Positions 8,870-17,745 of a DNA stretch of 64,000 bases are shown in pieces. The DNA is from Butyrivibrio sp. Lineage in GTDB: Bacteria; Bacillota; Clostridia; Lachnospirales; Lachnospiraceae. The notes under the pieces were generated by a model that saw only the letters and a program-made list of their open reading frames with translations, made no database searches and was not told the origin of the DNA. Every line of letters begins with the position of its first letter. Position 1 is the stretch's first letter. Both the position numbers and the translations under genes were made by a program. The stretch lies in NCBI GenBank assembly GCA_017535785.1, contig JAFXTN010000011.1:198932-262931 (forward strand), in the 5' to 3' direction.

Positions 8870-11377
8870 TCAACTGTTCTCGTTGATGTAGGTTGTTGCT
8901 CTGTTCTGAATGATCTTGGCTACTTCTTCGGCACTCTTTTGTCCGCTGAAATATGCAGGAGCTTCTTCGAAAATCATCTTTTTGATTTCCGAATTATTTA
9001 CGGCGACTTTATCAACAGAGTTTACAAACTTTGTGACACGATCAACTTCTTCCTGCTTCAAGGGCTTAAGCTGTACTTCCGAACCGTTTACAAAATATGA
9101 CTCAATATAACGCTCTTTCTTTCCGCCGGGCATTAATGTATACGGATAATCCATAGCCTTTTCAGCCGCAAGCTTTAAACCATACTCCGTGACTGAGAAG
9201 CCCCATTCATACAATCTCTTATTCGAAAAATCCTTCATCCAAAATCTCTTAACGAAATCCCATGCAACTTCCGGAGTTTTACATTGCGAGCTTATCGCAT
9301 ATCTCCAACCCGGAATGATGACTGAATTGTTGATTCCATCATCGTTGGGACTTCCGATAAACGCAATTTCATCTCCTATGATAGCCTGTTTACATGACTG
9401 ATAATCCGTATAGCCGAAGAATTCATCGTAATCAAACAACGACTGGCCGCTTGCATACAGCGTGTAAGCATCATCACCGAACTTCTCATAATCAACGGTT
9501 TCAGGGAATTTTCCGGCAAATTCCAGAAGCTTTATAAAGTCTTCAGAATCAAATGAACACTTCTTATTTTCAAAATCCAAAAACTTTTCGCCCGAATATA
9601 TAACACCTTTTTCAAGAACTTGGTTACGATCGACAGGGCCAAATGCAGTATCGTAAGATATACCTTTCTGGGAAATGATATCTTCACAATCCTGATAACT
9701 GAATGTATCCTTTCCACCTGCATATTTCTCTGCTGTACGAACTGTTCCGATCCTGAATTCGGTAAAAAGTGTGTACATCTTGCCGTCAGTTGTCATTGCT
9801 TTTTCAAGATTAGGAAGAAGTTTTACATCCTTTAATTCCTCATCCTTTTCAAACAAAGGCTTATAATCATAAAAGAGTCCTTTGCTCTCATACTTTTTAT
9901 ATGGCTGATTATCCAGAAATACCATGATATCAGGTACATTTCCCGATACAAGATCCATATCGAAATTCTGCATAGCAGTCTCTTCGCTGGCAGGATCAGA
10001 TAAGTTTAATCCATCTGTATAATCAACGATCTTGATCTGATATTCATCATTCTGTCTGTTAAACAGCACAGCTTCCTCACGTACTCTCCAGTCAATTCCG
10101 ATTCCGCCAAGAGTTATTACCTTTTTATCCTTAACCTGATCGGCAGGAATTTTGGTGAGTCTGACAAGACTGTAAACCCTGTCGAATCCCGGGATAGCAG
10201 CAATAAACTCATTTTCACTTAAAGCTACGATAGTATTGATACCGTTATCAAGCTCAATAGAAGAATCAAGATAATCGATCAGCTTAACAGCCTCATTCTT
10301 CTCTGCATTGTATCCGTATATAGCATCAGCGGTTGAAAGATATAAATCGCATCCGTTTCCACCGAAAAAATCAGCCGAATAATCCACCATTGGTTTGATC
10401 GCTTCAACCGGATCTGCAAGATCTCCTTTTGCTGTATCAAATTTATAGACCATATTTGTATTTGAGTAGTCATATGCATAGAGCTGATCATCGGATCCCT
10501 TATATAAACGGAAATAGTAATCTTTATACTTGCTATCTGCCTGGGTTGTATCAATTACACTTTTAAATCCGTCTTCAAAAGTAAAACTCTGTATTCCGTT
10601 AGATGAAGTTGTATAGATTTTTCCATCGCTTGTTGCGGCAACTGAAAACAGATAAGAATCATTTTCGCCACCTTCTGCCTCAGAACAGTTACAGCTGTTA
10701 ACAAGCTTTCCCTGAGCATCATACTGCTCGATATAAATATCGTTATTTTTTATGCCGTACATTTCCATGGCAGTCATAAGACCTTCGTCTGAAATCTCCT
10801 CGGAGGACTCTTCCGATGCAGACTCCGAAGAGGTGTCTGATGTAGCTTCAGCCGCAGCTTCAGAAGATACTTCTGATGCAGACTCTGCGGTCGTATCCTG
10901 CTTACCATCGGATGCCTCTGCACTTGCCGCTGCATCGGCTTCTGCACTTGCTTCTGCTCCTGTTCCGTCACCTGAAGATTTATTTACCGTTCTGTAAGCA
11001 TAGAATCCACCATCGGGAATAAAATCTACATTTGAAAAATCTTCACCTTTTTTGACGGGAATATCATAACTTTCAACACCACTTCCGTCGGGATTAAATG
11101 ATGCGATCTGCAATTTTTCATCATCGATCAAAAGTGCGAGATTTATCTTTTCCCCTACCTGTGAAATGCCAATTACCCTGCCGTCTTCTACGTTGACACC
11201 GTCAAGCTTTATATCTTCACACTTATACATATAGTCTTTTGAAACAGCGCCTTGTGTTTGAAGAACGCTTTCTTCATTTTTCTTTTTGGAATTTCCGCAG
11301 CCGATAAGTACTGAGGCTGCCATAGATAAGACCATAGCAATGCTTAGGCCTCTTTTTAGGACACCTTTTATCTTCAC
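8870..11377 (-). CDS. giant lipoprotein, paralog 2, with an acidic Ser/Ala/Glu-rich insert
   Basis: Lipobox LIGC. The C-terminal half is collinear with paralogs 1 and 3 (IPADQVKDKKVITLGG...DMDLVSGNVPDIMVF...EEAPAYFSGQKSAEEVAKIIQNR). I prefer the GTG start at 11377 (GAGGTGA RBS, MKIKGVLKRG..., like the paralogs) over the track ATG at 11407. Confidence 0.6.
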   Translation of the reverse strand: MKIKGVLKRGLSIAMVLSMAASVLIGCGNSKKKNEESVLQTQGAVSKDYMYKCEDIKLDGVNVEDGRVIGISQVGEKINLALLIDDEKLQIASFNPDGSGVESYDIPVKKGEDFSNVDFIPDGGFYAYRTVNKSSGDGTGAEASAEADAAASAEASDGKQDTTAESASEVSSEAAAEATSDTSSESASEESSEEISDEGLMTAMEMYGIKNNDIYIEQYDAQGKLVNSCNCSEAEGGENDSYLFSVAATSDGKIYTTSSNGIQSFTFEDGFKSVIDTTQADSKYKDYYFRLYKGSDDQLYAYDYSNTNMVYKFDTAKGDLADPVEAIKPMVDYSADFFGGNGCDLYLSTADAIYGYNAEKNEAVKLIDYLDSSIELDNGINTIVALSENEFIAAIPGFDRVYSLVRLTKIPADQVKDKKVITLGGIGIDWRVREEAVLFNRQNDEYQIKIVDYTDGLNLSDPASEETAMQNFDMDLVSGNVPDIMVFLDNQPYKKYESKGLFYDYKPLFEKDEELKDVKLLPNLEKAMTTDGKMYTLFTEFRIGTVRTAEKYAGGKDTFSYQDCEDIISQKGISYDTAFGPVDRNQVLEKGVIYSGEKFLDFENKKCSFDSEDFIKLLEFAGKFPETVDYEKFGDDAYTLYASGQSLFDYDEFFGYTDYQSCKQAIIGDEIAFIGSPNDDGINNSVIIPGWRYAISSQCKTPEVAWDFVKRFWMKDFSNKRLYEWGFSVTEYGLKLAAEKAMDYPYTLMPGGKKERYIESYFVNGSEVQLKPLKQEEVDRVTKFVNSVDKVAVNNSEIKKMIFEEAPAYFSGQKSAEEVAKIIQNRATTYINENS

Positions 11378-11426
11378 AATATTCACCTCATTTCCCTTTA
11401 TAAGCATTAATTTATAATTTCTTTGC

Positions 11427-11456
11427 GCGTGTCATAGAGTTTCCCCCATGACACGC
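11427..11456. other. intergenic hairpin between paralogs 3 and 2 (GCGTGTCAT-12 nt-ATGACACGC)
   Basis: 9-bp GC-rich stem. The T-run (ACTTTTTTAT) follows it on the plus strand, antisense to the genes. On the sense strand it is preceded by an A-run. Confidence 0.5.
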
Positions 11457-11469
11457 ACTTTTTTATCTA

Positions 11470-14022
11470 TCAACTGTTTTCGTTAATATAGATCGTCAAT
11501 CTACTCTGAATGATATCAGCAACTTCCTTAGCGCTCTTCTGACCACTGAAATATGCCTTTGCTTCTTCTGAGATTATTTCATGTACTTCCTCGCTGTATC
11601 TATAGAATTTATCTATTGAAAGAATGAAATCTGTCAAGAAATCAACTTCTTCCTGAGTAAGAGGCTTAAGAGTTATTTCTTCATTTCCAATATAGTATGT
11701 GTCATCATAATACTCTTTTTCCCCTCCGGCCATTATATAAGGTCTTTCCATTGCTTTTTTCTTAGCGTCCTCAAGACCTGTTTTTGTAACAGGGAATCCA
11801 AACTGCATTGAAGTCTGATAATCATCCTGCAAGAAACTCTTTACGAACTTCCAAGCAAGCTCCGGATACTGTGTCTGTGCACTTATAGCAAAATCTGATA
11901 ACGGATAAATGATGGTCTGATTTTCACCTTCATCATTTGGAAGTCCTACAAATGCTATATCATCTTTAAACATAGCCTGCTTGTATCTTTGATATTCCTT
12001 ATATCCATACAATGATGTAACGGAAAACAGCGCCTGATTGGAGGTATATAATTGCTCATAGTCTTCGTATTTATCGTAATCGACCTCATCAGGGAATTTA
12101 TTGGCAAATTCAAGGAGCTTTATAAATCCATCGGAATCAAATGAACACTTCTTGTTTTCAAAATCCATATACTTGGATCCTGCAAAAATTATACCTTCGC
12201 CGAGTATGCTTTCTTTATTTGATAATCCGAAAGCGGTCTCATAACTAACATTATTTGCTTGGATAAGATCATCGCAGTCCTTATATGTGAGACCGTTTTT
12301 TCCCTCTACATATCTGGCTCTGGTAGCAAGAGTACCAACCATAAACTCGGAATAAATGGTGTACATCTTACCATCCTTTACCATCGATTCAGAAATATTT
12401 GGAAGAAGTTCAATTTTCTTCATTTCCTCATCTTTATCAAATAAAGGTTTAAGGTCTAGGAACACACCTTTATTCTGATATTTCTCTATAGGCTGATCGG
12501 CATTAAACACCATGATATCAGGTACGTTTCCGGACACAATGTCCAGATCGAACTTCTTATTTCCTGCATTCCAATCTTCCTCAGAATCATATTTAGAATA
12601 ATCTACGATCTTTATCTTGTACTCATCATTATCATGATTAAATTTAACAACCTGTTCTCTTACCTTATAATCAATATATGCTCCGCCAAATGTGATTATC
12701 TTTTTATCCTTAACCTGATCGGCAGGAACTTTGGTAAGTCTTATAGCCTTATACTCATATTCGAATCCCGGAATAAGTGCAATAAACTCATTCTCACTTA
12801 AAGCGATCACATTATAAATAGTTGAGTCGGTCTCAATATCAGAATCAATGTAATCAAGGAGCTTAACTACTTCATCCTTGGTTGCGTCATAACCACTGAT
12901 GCAGCTCTCATTGGCGATATAAAGGTCATAACCGTTTCCGCCAAATATTGAACAACCGTATCTGTATGAAGTATCTTCCGCAAATATCTTACTTTCCTCG
13001 GACATCTGTGCTTTTTCAACATCAAATTTGCGCAGAGCAATTCCGGATTCTCCATAATACTGAACAAAGATCTGATCGTCTTTACCCTTTATAAGAGTTA
13101 AAGCAGAATTAGCAAGATCACCTTCCTGCTTGGTTATATCAAAAATATTCTTAAATCTGCCTTCAACAGTGTATGTTTCAATTCCTCTGTTGTCTGAAAC
13201 AAGAACTGTTCCGTCTTTCAAAGCAATCATTGAACTGATGTTAAAGTAATCATCGGGACCGCTCTCTTGGGAAATATCATACTTATCAACAATATTTCCT
13301 TTATTGTCGAGCTTTACAAGAAACATCTGAGCATCCTCATCTTCATAGTAGCCCATTCCCTCTTCGTGCTCCTCGGTTTTTTCACCCTCGGAAGAAGCAC
13401 TTGCGGAAGCATCTTCTGAGGATGACTCAGAAGCAGCCTTTTTCTCATCCGCTTTTTCATCTTTAGAAGCTTCCTTGGCAGCCTCGTCTTTGGAGCTTTC
13501 AGTAGCCGCTTCCTCTTTTCCGGAGTCCTCTGAAGAAGAATCGGTTGCTGCTTCAGAAGCGCCTTCATCAGCGGCTTCGGAACCGGAGCCGAAAGTTTCC
13601 ATATTTCCACCTACAGAAAGGCACGCATAGCTACTTCCGTCCTCCATAAAGACAAAATTGTAGTAATTCTCACCTGCATTCATGGCGATATCGTAGCTCT
13701 CTACATTACTTCCGTCGGTGTTAAAGGAATAAACCTTGGTTGAACCGGCATCGTTTTTTAAATCCGAAACAGCAAAATATACTCTATCTCCCACAACTGT
13801 AATATTGCTGGGATATCCGGGAAGCTTATCAACGCCCAGATCGATATCTTCGTACTTGAAGACATAATCCTTTGATCCGCTTTTAGCCTCATTAAGGATA
13901 CTGTTTTCATCTTTCTTATCATCTTTCTTATCTGCTTTTCCGCATCCGGTAAAAGCCGATACGGTCATTGCCGCAATAAGTGTAGCGGTAATACACTTTC
14001 TCACAAACCCCTTCATTTTCAT
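11470..14022 (-). CDS. giant lipoprotein, paralog 3, with a long acidic Ser/Glu/Ala/Lys-rich insert
   Basis: Lipobox FTGC. Collinear with paralogs 1 and 2 (VPADQVKDKKIITFGG...DLDIVSGNVPDIMVF...EEAKAYFSGQKSAKEVADIIQSR). ATG at 14022 (GAGGAA RBS), 4 nt after the upstream stop. Confidence 0.6.
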   Translation of the reverse strand: MKMKGFVRKCITATLIAAMTVSAFTGCGKADKKDDKKDENSILNEAKSGSKDYVFKYEDIDLGVDKLPGYPSNITVVGDRVYFAVSDLKNDAGSTKVYSFNTDGSNVESYDIAMNAGENYYNFVFMEDGSSYACLSVGGNMETFGSGSEAADEGASEAATDSSSEDSGKEEAATESSKDEAAKEASKDEKADEKKAASESSSEDASASASSEGEKTEEHEEGMGYYEDEDAQMFLVKLDNKGNIVDKYDISQESGPDDYFNISSMIALKDGTVLVSDNRGIETYTVEGRFKNIFDITKQEGDLANSALTLIKGKDDQIFVQYYGESGIALRKFDVEKAQMSEESKIFAEDTSYRYGCSIFGGNGYDLYIANESCISGYDATKDEVVKLLDYIDSDIETDSTIYNVIALSENEFIALIPGFEYEYKAIRLTKVPADQVKDKKIITFGGAYIDYKVREQVVKFNHDNDEYKIKIVDYSKYDSEEDWNAGNKKFDLDIVSGNVPDIMVFNADQPIEKYQNKGVFLDLKPLFDKDEEMKKIELLPNISESMVKDGKMYTIYSEFMVGTLATRARYVEGKNGLTYKDCDDLIQANNVSYETAFGLSNKESILGEGIIFAGSKYMDFENKKCSFDSDGFIKLLEFANKFPDEVDYDKYEDYEQLYTSNQALFSVTSLYGYKEYQRYKQAMFKDDIAFVGLPNDEGENQTIIYPLSDFAISAQTQYPELAWKFVKSFLQDDYQTSMQFGFPVTKTGLEDAKKKAMERPYIMAGGEKEYYDDTYYIGNEEITLKPLTQEEVDFLTDFILSIDKFYRYSEEVHEIISEEAKAYFSGQKSAKEVADIIQSRLTIYINENS

Positions 14023-14026
14023 AATC

Positions 14027-15289
14027 TCATTCCTCATCTTTTTTCTTTAATTTGTTTTCTTTCTTTTCTTTGAGTCTTACTTCGTAGTCATATTTTTTAT
14101 CAGAAAGATAGTTAACTACCCCCGATACGGTCCATGTCTTATGTCTGTACAGATTGATGACAGTGCCCACGAACATCAATATGATCACGGCTCTGCATAC
14201 CAGTCTTATCAAAAGAATCAGAGCCAATATATCTTCATATCCTCTGGCAGTATTCTCCCAGTATGGATAAAAGATAGCTTTATCCCACATACTTCTAGTT
14301 ATAAATGTTGATATTACATTTATCAGCGAAAAAAAGCTGAATCTATCCGTATTATCAATTACTGAAATATATCTCTGATCAAGTCCCGTACTATCGCTTA
14401 TATCTTTTTTAACAATACCGTCTACGGGATTTGGCGAAACGATCTCATAGCAGTTGATACCACCGACGTTAGCAGTCTTTCCGTCTTCAGAAAGCTGAAC
14501 GCTCTTGGTCCTTCCGCTTAATATGGTTCCGTATTTGCATAAGCTGTCATAAGATATGTAAGCAACGGTATCTGTCAGACCCGAAGCCTCTCTCATCTTT
14601 CCCTCTTGTCGTTTTACAACTCCCGAGACATAATGCGGAACTTCGTTTATTGTGACCATCTGTCCCGCCACGTCATTGGAACCAAAGAGCTGCCATGCAA
14701 GATCTTCATCGATGACTATGCTGTCCTTCATAAGGTCATTTCCACCGAAAAACTGACCATTCACAAGTTCAAGAGGGTGAAAGAGAAAAAAATCTCCGCC
14801 GACTCCTATTGTTGTCACATTCTCCGCAGTCTTACCCTCAAATTTCATGGTAGTAAGCCCCTGCGCAGAATAACAGCTTGTAAAAAGACGATTCTCCTCT
14901 TTTACGGGTTCTTCCCCTGATCCAGAATCTGAAACATCGATAGTATCGATGATCTGAGGCTGCGCCGTTTTTCCGCTTTTTTCATCTTCCTCGCTTACAA
15001 TTCCGTCCAAAATAAGCTGCTGTCCGAAGCTGAATTCCATCTTTTTGATGAAATCCTCATCGATCAGCTGATCCTCGGTAAAAAATACCGAAACCTGAGC
15101 CATTCGTCTCTCATCAGACCATCTTTCAGCTTCATGCTGTTCAGGGAGGATTCCCGTGAGATATCTTGTGATAAGTCCCAAGATAAGATCAACAAGAAGC
15201 AAAAGGATAACGAGAAATACGATCTTTTTGGACTTTAAAGCTCTATCCTTTATTCTGTTTATAAACGTTATAATCTTTTCGGTTTTCAT
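14027..15289 (-). CDS. membrane protein with a MacB-like periplasmic core domain; it lacks a complete FtsX 4-TM bundle
   Basis: 420 aa. N-terminal TM (IVFLVILLLLVDLILGLI), then a PCD-like segment (GGDFFLFHPLELVNGQFFGGNDLMKDSIVIDEDLAWQLFGSNDVAGQMVTINEVPHYVSGVV), then one clear C-terminal TM and a Lys/Glu tail. Confidence 0.6.
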   Translation of the reverse strand: MKTEKIITFINRIKDRALKSKKIVFLVILLLLVDLILGLITRYLTGILPEQHEAERWSDERRMAQVSVFFTEDQLIDEDFIKKMEFSFGQQLILDGIVSEEDEKSGKTAQPQIIDTIDVSDSGSGEEPVKEENRLFTSCYSAQGLTTMKFEGKTAENVTTIGVGGDFFLFHPLELVNGQFFGGNDLMKDSIVIDEDLAWQLFGSNDVAGQMVTINEVPHYVSGVVKRQEGKMREASGLTDTVAYISYDSLCKYGTILSGRTKSVQLSEDGKTANVGGINCYEIVSPNPVDGIVKKDISDSTGLDQRYISVIDNTDRFSFFSLINVISTFITRSMWDKAIFYPYWENTARGYEDILALILLIRLVCRAVIILMFVGTVINLYRHKTWTVSGVVNYLSDKKYDYEVRLKEKKENKLKKKDEE

Positions 15290-16812
15290 TACTCGTCTGC
15301 CAGTCTTACCTGTTCTCCTGCTTTAACCGGTTTTGTTGATGTTGTTATTACGTATTCGCTTCCTTCAAGTGCACCTGTGATAGCTGCGTTCTTGTCATCT
15401 TCAGCTTCTACATTTACATCAATTCTGGTTGCTATATATCTGTTACCAAGAGGGCTTGATTTGCCCACAACAGCAAGTACAAACTTACCGTTAGAGTCTG
15501 ATTTTACAGCACTCTTGGGAACTATCATGTCATAATCTTTAGATCTCTCACCTATAGTGAGTGCAATACTCTGACCGGGCTGAACCTCAGCACTCTCGAT
15601 CTTGAAAGTAAGGACCTTCTTACCTGCGGGATCTGTTTTATCGTTCTTGATAGACTGAAGTGTCGCCTTGAAGCTGTCACTAAACTGCCACTGATTCTGT
15701 GGTGATGCGGCATCTCCGACTTTAAGCTTCTGTGCCTGAGAATTAGGTACAGAGAAGCTTGTTGTCATATCTTTTCCGTCAACCTGGATCACAGCTATAG
15801 TTTCATCTGCAGCTGTCGATTCTCCGGAAGCCTTCGATAATGAAGAAATTGTTCCTGCAACCGGTGATTTAACCGATGCTCCTACAGATTCCGACTCAAG
15901 CTTTTCGATCTTCTCTTTCTCTGTAGCAATCTTCTCCTGTATAGAGCTTAAGTTGATCTCTGTACTTATACTCTTTAAAAGCTCTTCCTTATCCTTCTCG
16001 GCATCCTTAAGTGCACGGGCTGTCTTATTTTTGTTGTCCTGAGCCATTGCAAGCTTCTGATCGTAACTGAATGAAAGCTGATCACCGTATGTTCCGAGCT
16101 GAGCCGCATTTTTCTCTAGCTCAGCGATCTTCTTTTCAAGAGCTTCCGTTCTGTCTTCGTCCTCAGGATCTACGCCTGCCTGATCTGCCTGTGTCTGCGC
16201 AAGCTCATAGTTGGGAGTCTGTGCGTTATATGCTGTACCGGCTCCGTCATAAGCTTTTTTCTGAGTCAGATAATCCACTACAGCCTGTGCCTCTTCATCG
16301 GCTGCAAGGGCTGCTTCATAAGTATCCTTTACAGTCTTAAGCTCTACCTGGAAAGAATCATAGCTTGAAACTTTTCCCTTACGAACACTGGTAATCACTT
16401 CATCCGGAACATCCCCGGAAAACAAGGCGGTTTCATATGTAAGCTCAAGCTCATCAAGCTTTGCTTTCGCATCTGTAAGCTCTTGAGATTCTTTATCCTC
16501 CAGATAATAGATAACATCGCCTTCCTCTACGTGATCACCTTCTTTTACGGCTACACCTGAGATCTTTCTCGTCTCTTTCACCGTGATATTGTAAGGATCC
16601 TCTGCGGTCACATCACCGTTTCCTCTTATCTGAGGTGAAACCGGTCCGCTCGCGATCTGCTGTGTCGCAACCTGCGGAAGCGAATAATTCATAATAGTAT
16701 TGGAAAAGAATGTAAGAAGAAGCATGACTGACAAGAATCCGATCGCAACGTTCTTGACAATGTCCTTCTTGGATGCTTTTTCTTTATTCTTAGTCTCGAT
16801 AACTTCGTTCAT
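15289..16812 (-). CDS. HlyD/membrane-fusion-protein-type periplasmic adaptor
   Basis: 507 aa. N-terminal TM, lipoyl-like hairpin (GVAVKEGDHVEEGDVIYYLED), long coiled coil and a C-terminal beta-barrel-like region. The stop overlaps the next start (TAATG). Confidence 0.7.
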   Translation of the reverse strand: MNEVIETKNKEKASKKDIVKNVAIGFLSVMLLLTFFSNTIMNYSLPQVATQQIASGPVSPQIRGNGDVTAEDPYNITVKETRKISGVAVKEGDHVEEGDVIYYLEDKESQELTDAKAKLDELELTYETALFSGDVPDEVITSVRKGKVSSYDSFQVELKTVKDTYEAALAADEEAQAVVDYLTQKKAYDGAGTAYNAQTPNYELAQTQADQAGVDPEDEDRTEALEKKIAELEKNAAQLGTYGDQLSFSYDQKLAMAQDNKNKTARALKDAEKDKEELLKSISTEINLSSIQEKIATEKEKIEKLESESVGASVKSPVAGTISSLSKASGESTAADETIAVIQVDGKDMTTSFSVPNSQAQKLKVGDAASPQNQWQFSDSFKATLQSIKNDKTDPAGKKVLTFKIESAEVQPGQSIALTIGERSKDYDMIVPKSAVKSDSNGKFVLAVVGKSSPLGNRYIATRIDVNVEAEDDKNAAITGALEGSEYVITTSTKPVKAGEQVRLADE

Positions 16813-17741
16813 CCCTTAATTCCTCCTTGGTAAGATATTCCTTCAACCAAATAGTCCTCTCCGTACAAGAATATAAGTAACGGCGGAACCAGATATATTA
16901 CTGCAACAGCGAAGGCAAGACTGATCTCACCTGCGTTGATCTTTGACAAAAACACCGATAGCGGATGCATATCCGAATTTGATAACAGAATAAGCGGTTG
17001 TTCTACCATATTCCAGTAATCAAAGAATAACAGGATCGCGATCGACGCTATTCCTCCTTTGCAGAGCGGAGTACATATCTTGGAAAAAACATACCATTCT
17101 CCCGCTCCGTCTATAGCTGCGGCCTCAATTACTTCCTTCGGTATCCTTTTCATGAACTTGGTCAAAAGAAATACCGCAAACGGGGAAAAGAATCCCGGAA
17201 GCAAGATCGCCCACATCGTGTCGTATGTTCCGAGCCATTTTGAAACCAAAAAGTTCGGAACAAGCGTTACCTGATAAGGCATAAGCATTAGTGTGATATA
17301 TCCGAAAAACAGTGCCGATTTGATCTTACCCGAATACCTCGAGAAGCCGTACGATGCAAGCGTCGCTATCATCAGCTGCACCACCACTATCGGGACTGTG
17401 TAAATAACCGAATTCCAAAATTTAAGAAGATACTCCGGACTCTTAAAGAGCACTATATAGTACTGGGAAAAAGTAACCATATCCGGTATCAGCTTAAGGT
17501 TTACTGTCTTTGATACAAAGGTCTTTCCACCTTTTTCCGTTGTCTCAAAAATACTTCCGTAGTTTGACTGAATCTCAGTCGGTTCCATAAAGGAATTACT
17601 TATAGTTAAGATGATCGGCATCAAGAAAATCAAAGCAAATACGATCGCTGCAATTGTTACCAGTGCAGTCTTGGTCTTGTCCGACATCTCTTTTCTTTTA
17701 TGCAGTTTTTCAAAATACTTCCTTTGAATAACGTTTTCCAT
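16809..17741 (-). CDS. carbohydrate-type (CUT1, MalG/LplC-like) ABC permease
   Basis: Six-TM BPD-transporter-like protein. I trimmed the start to the ATG at 17741 (MENVIQRKYF...), 4 nt after the upstream stop. The track start 17816 would overlap the upstream gene by 70 nt. Confidence 0.75.
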   Translation of the reverse strand: MENVIQRKYFEKLHKRKEMSDKTKTALVTIAAIVFALIFLMPIILTISNSFMEPTEIQSNYGSIFETTEKGGKTFVSKTVNLKLIPDMVTFSQYYIVLFKSPEYLLKFWNSVIYTVPIVVVQLMIATLASYGFSRYSGKIKSALFFGYITLMLMPYQVTLVPNFLVSKWLGTYDTMWAILLPGFFSPFAVFLLTKFMKRIPKEVIEAAAIDGAGEWYVFSKICTPLCKGGIASIAILLFFDYWNMVEQPLILLSNSDMHPLSVFLSKINAGEISLAFAVAVIYLVPPLLIFLYGEDYLVEGISYQGGIKG

Positions 17742-17745
17742 ACTA

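Noticed and set aside
10752-10997. ORFs 10752-10997 (+), 10774-10971 (-) and 13314-13610 (-) inside the binding-protein genes
   Set aside because: They are artefacts of the low-complexity Ser/Ala/Glu-coding DNA, which stays open in several frames. The long lipoprotein frames explain the region.
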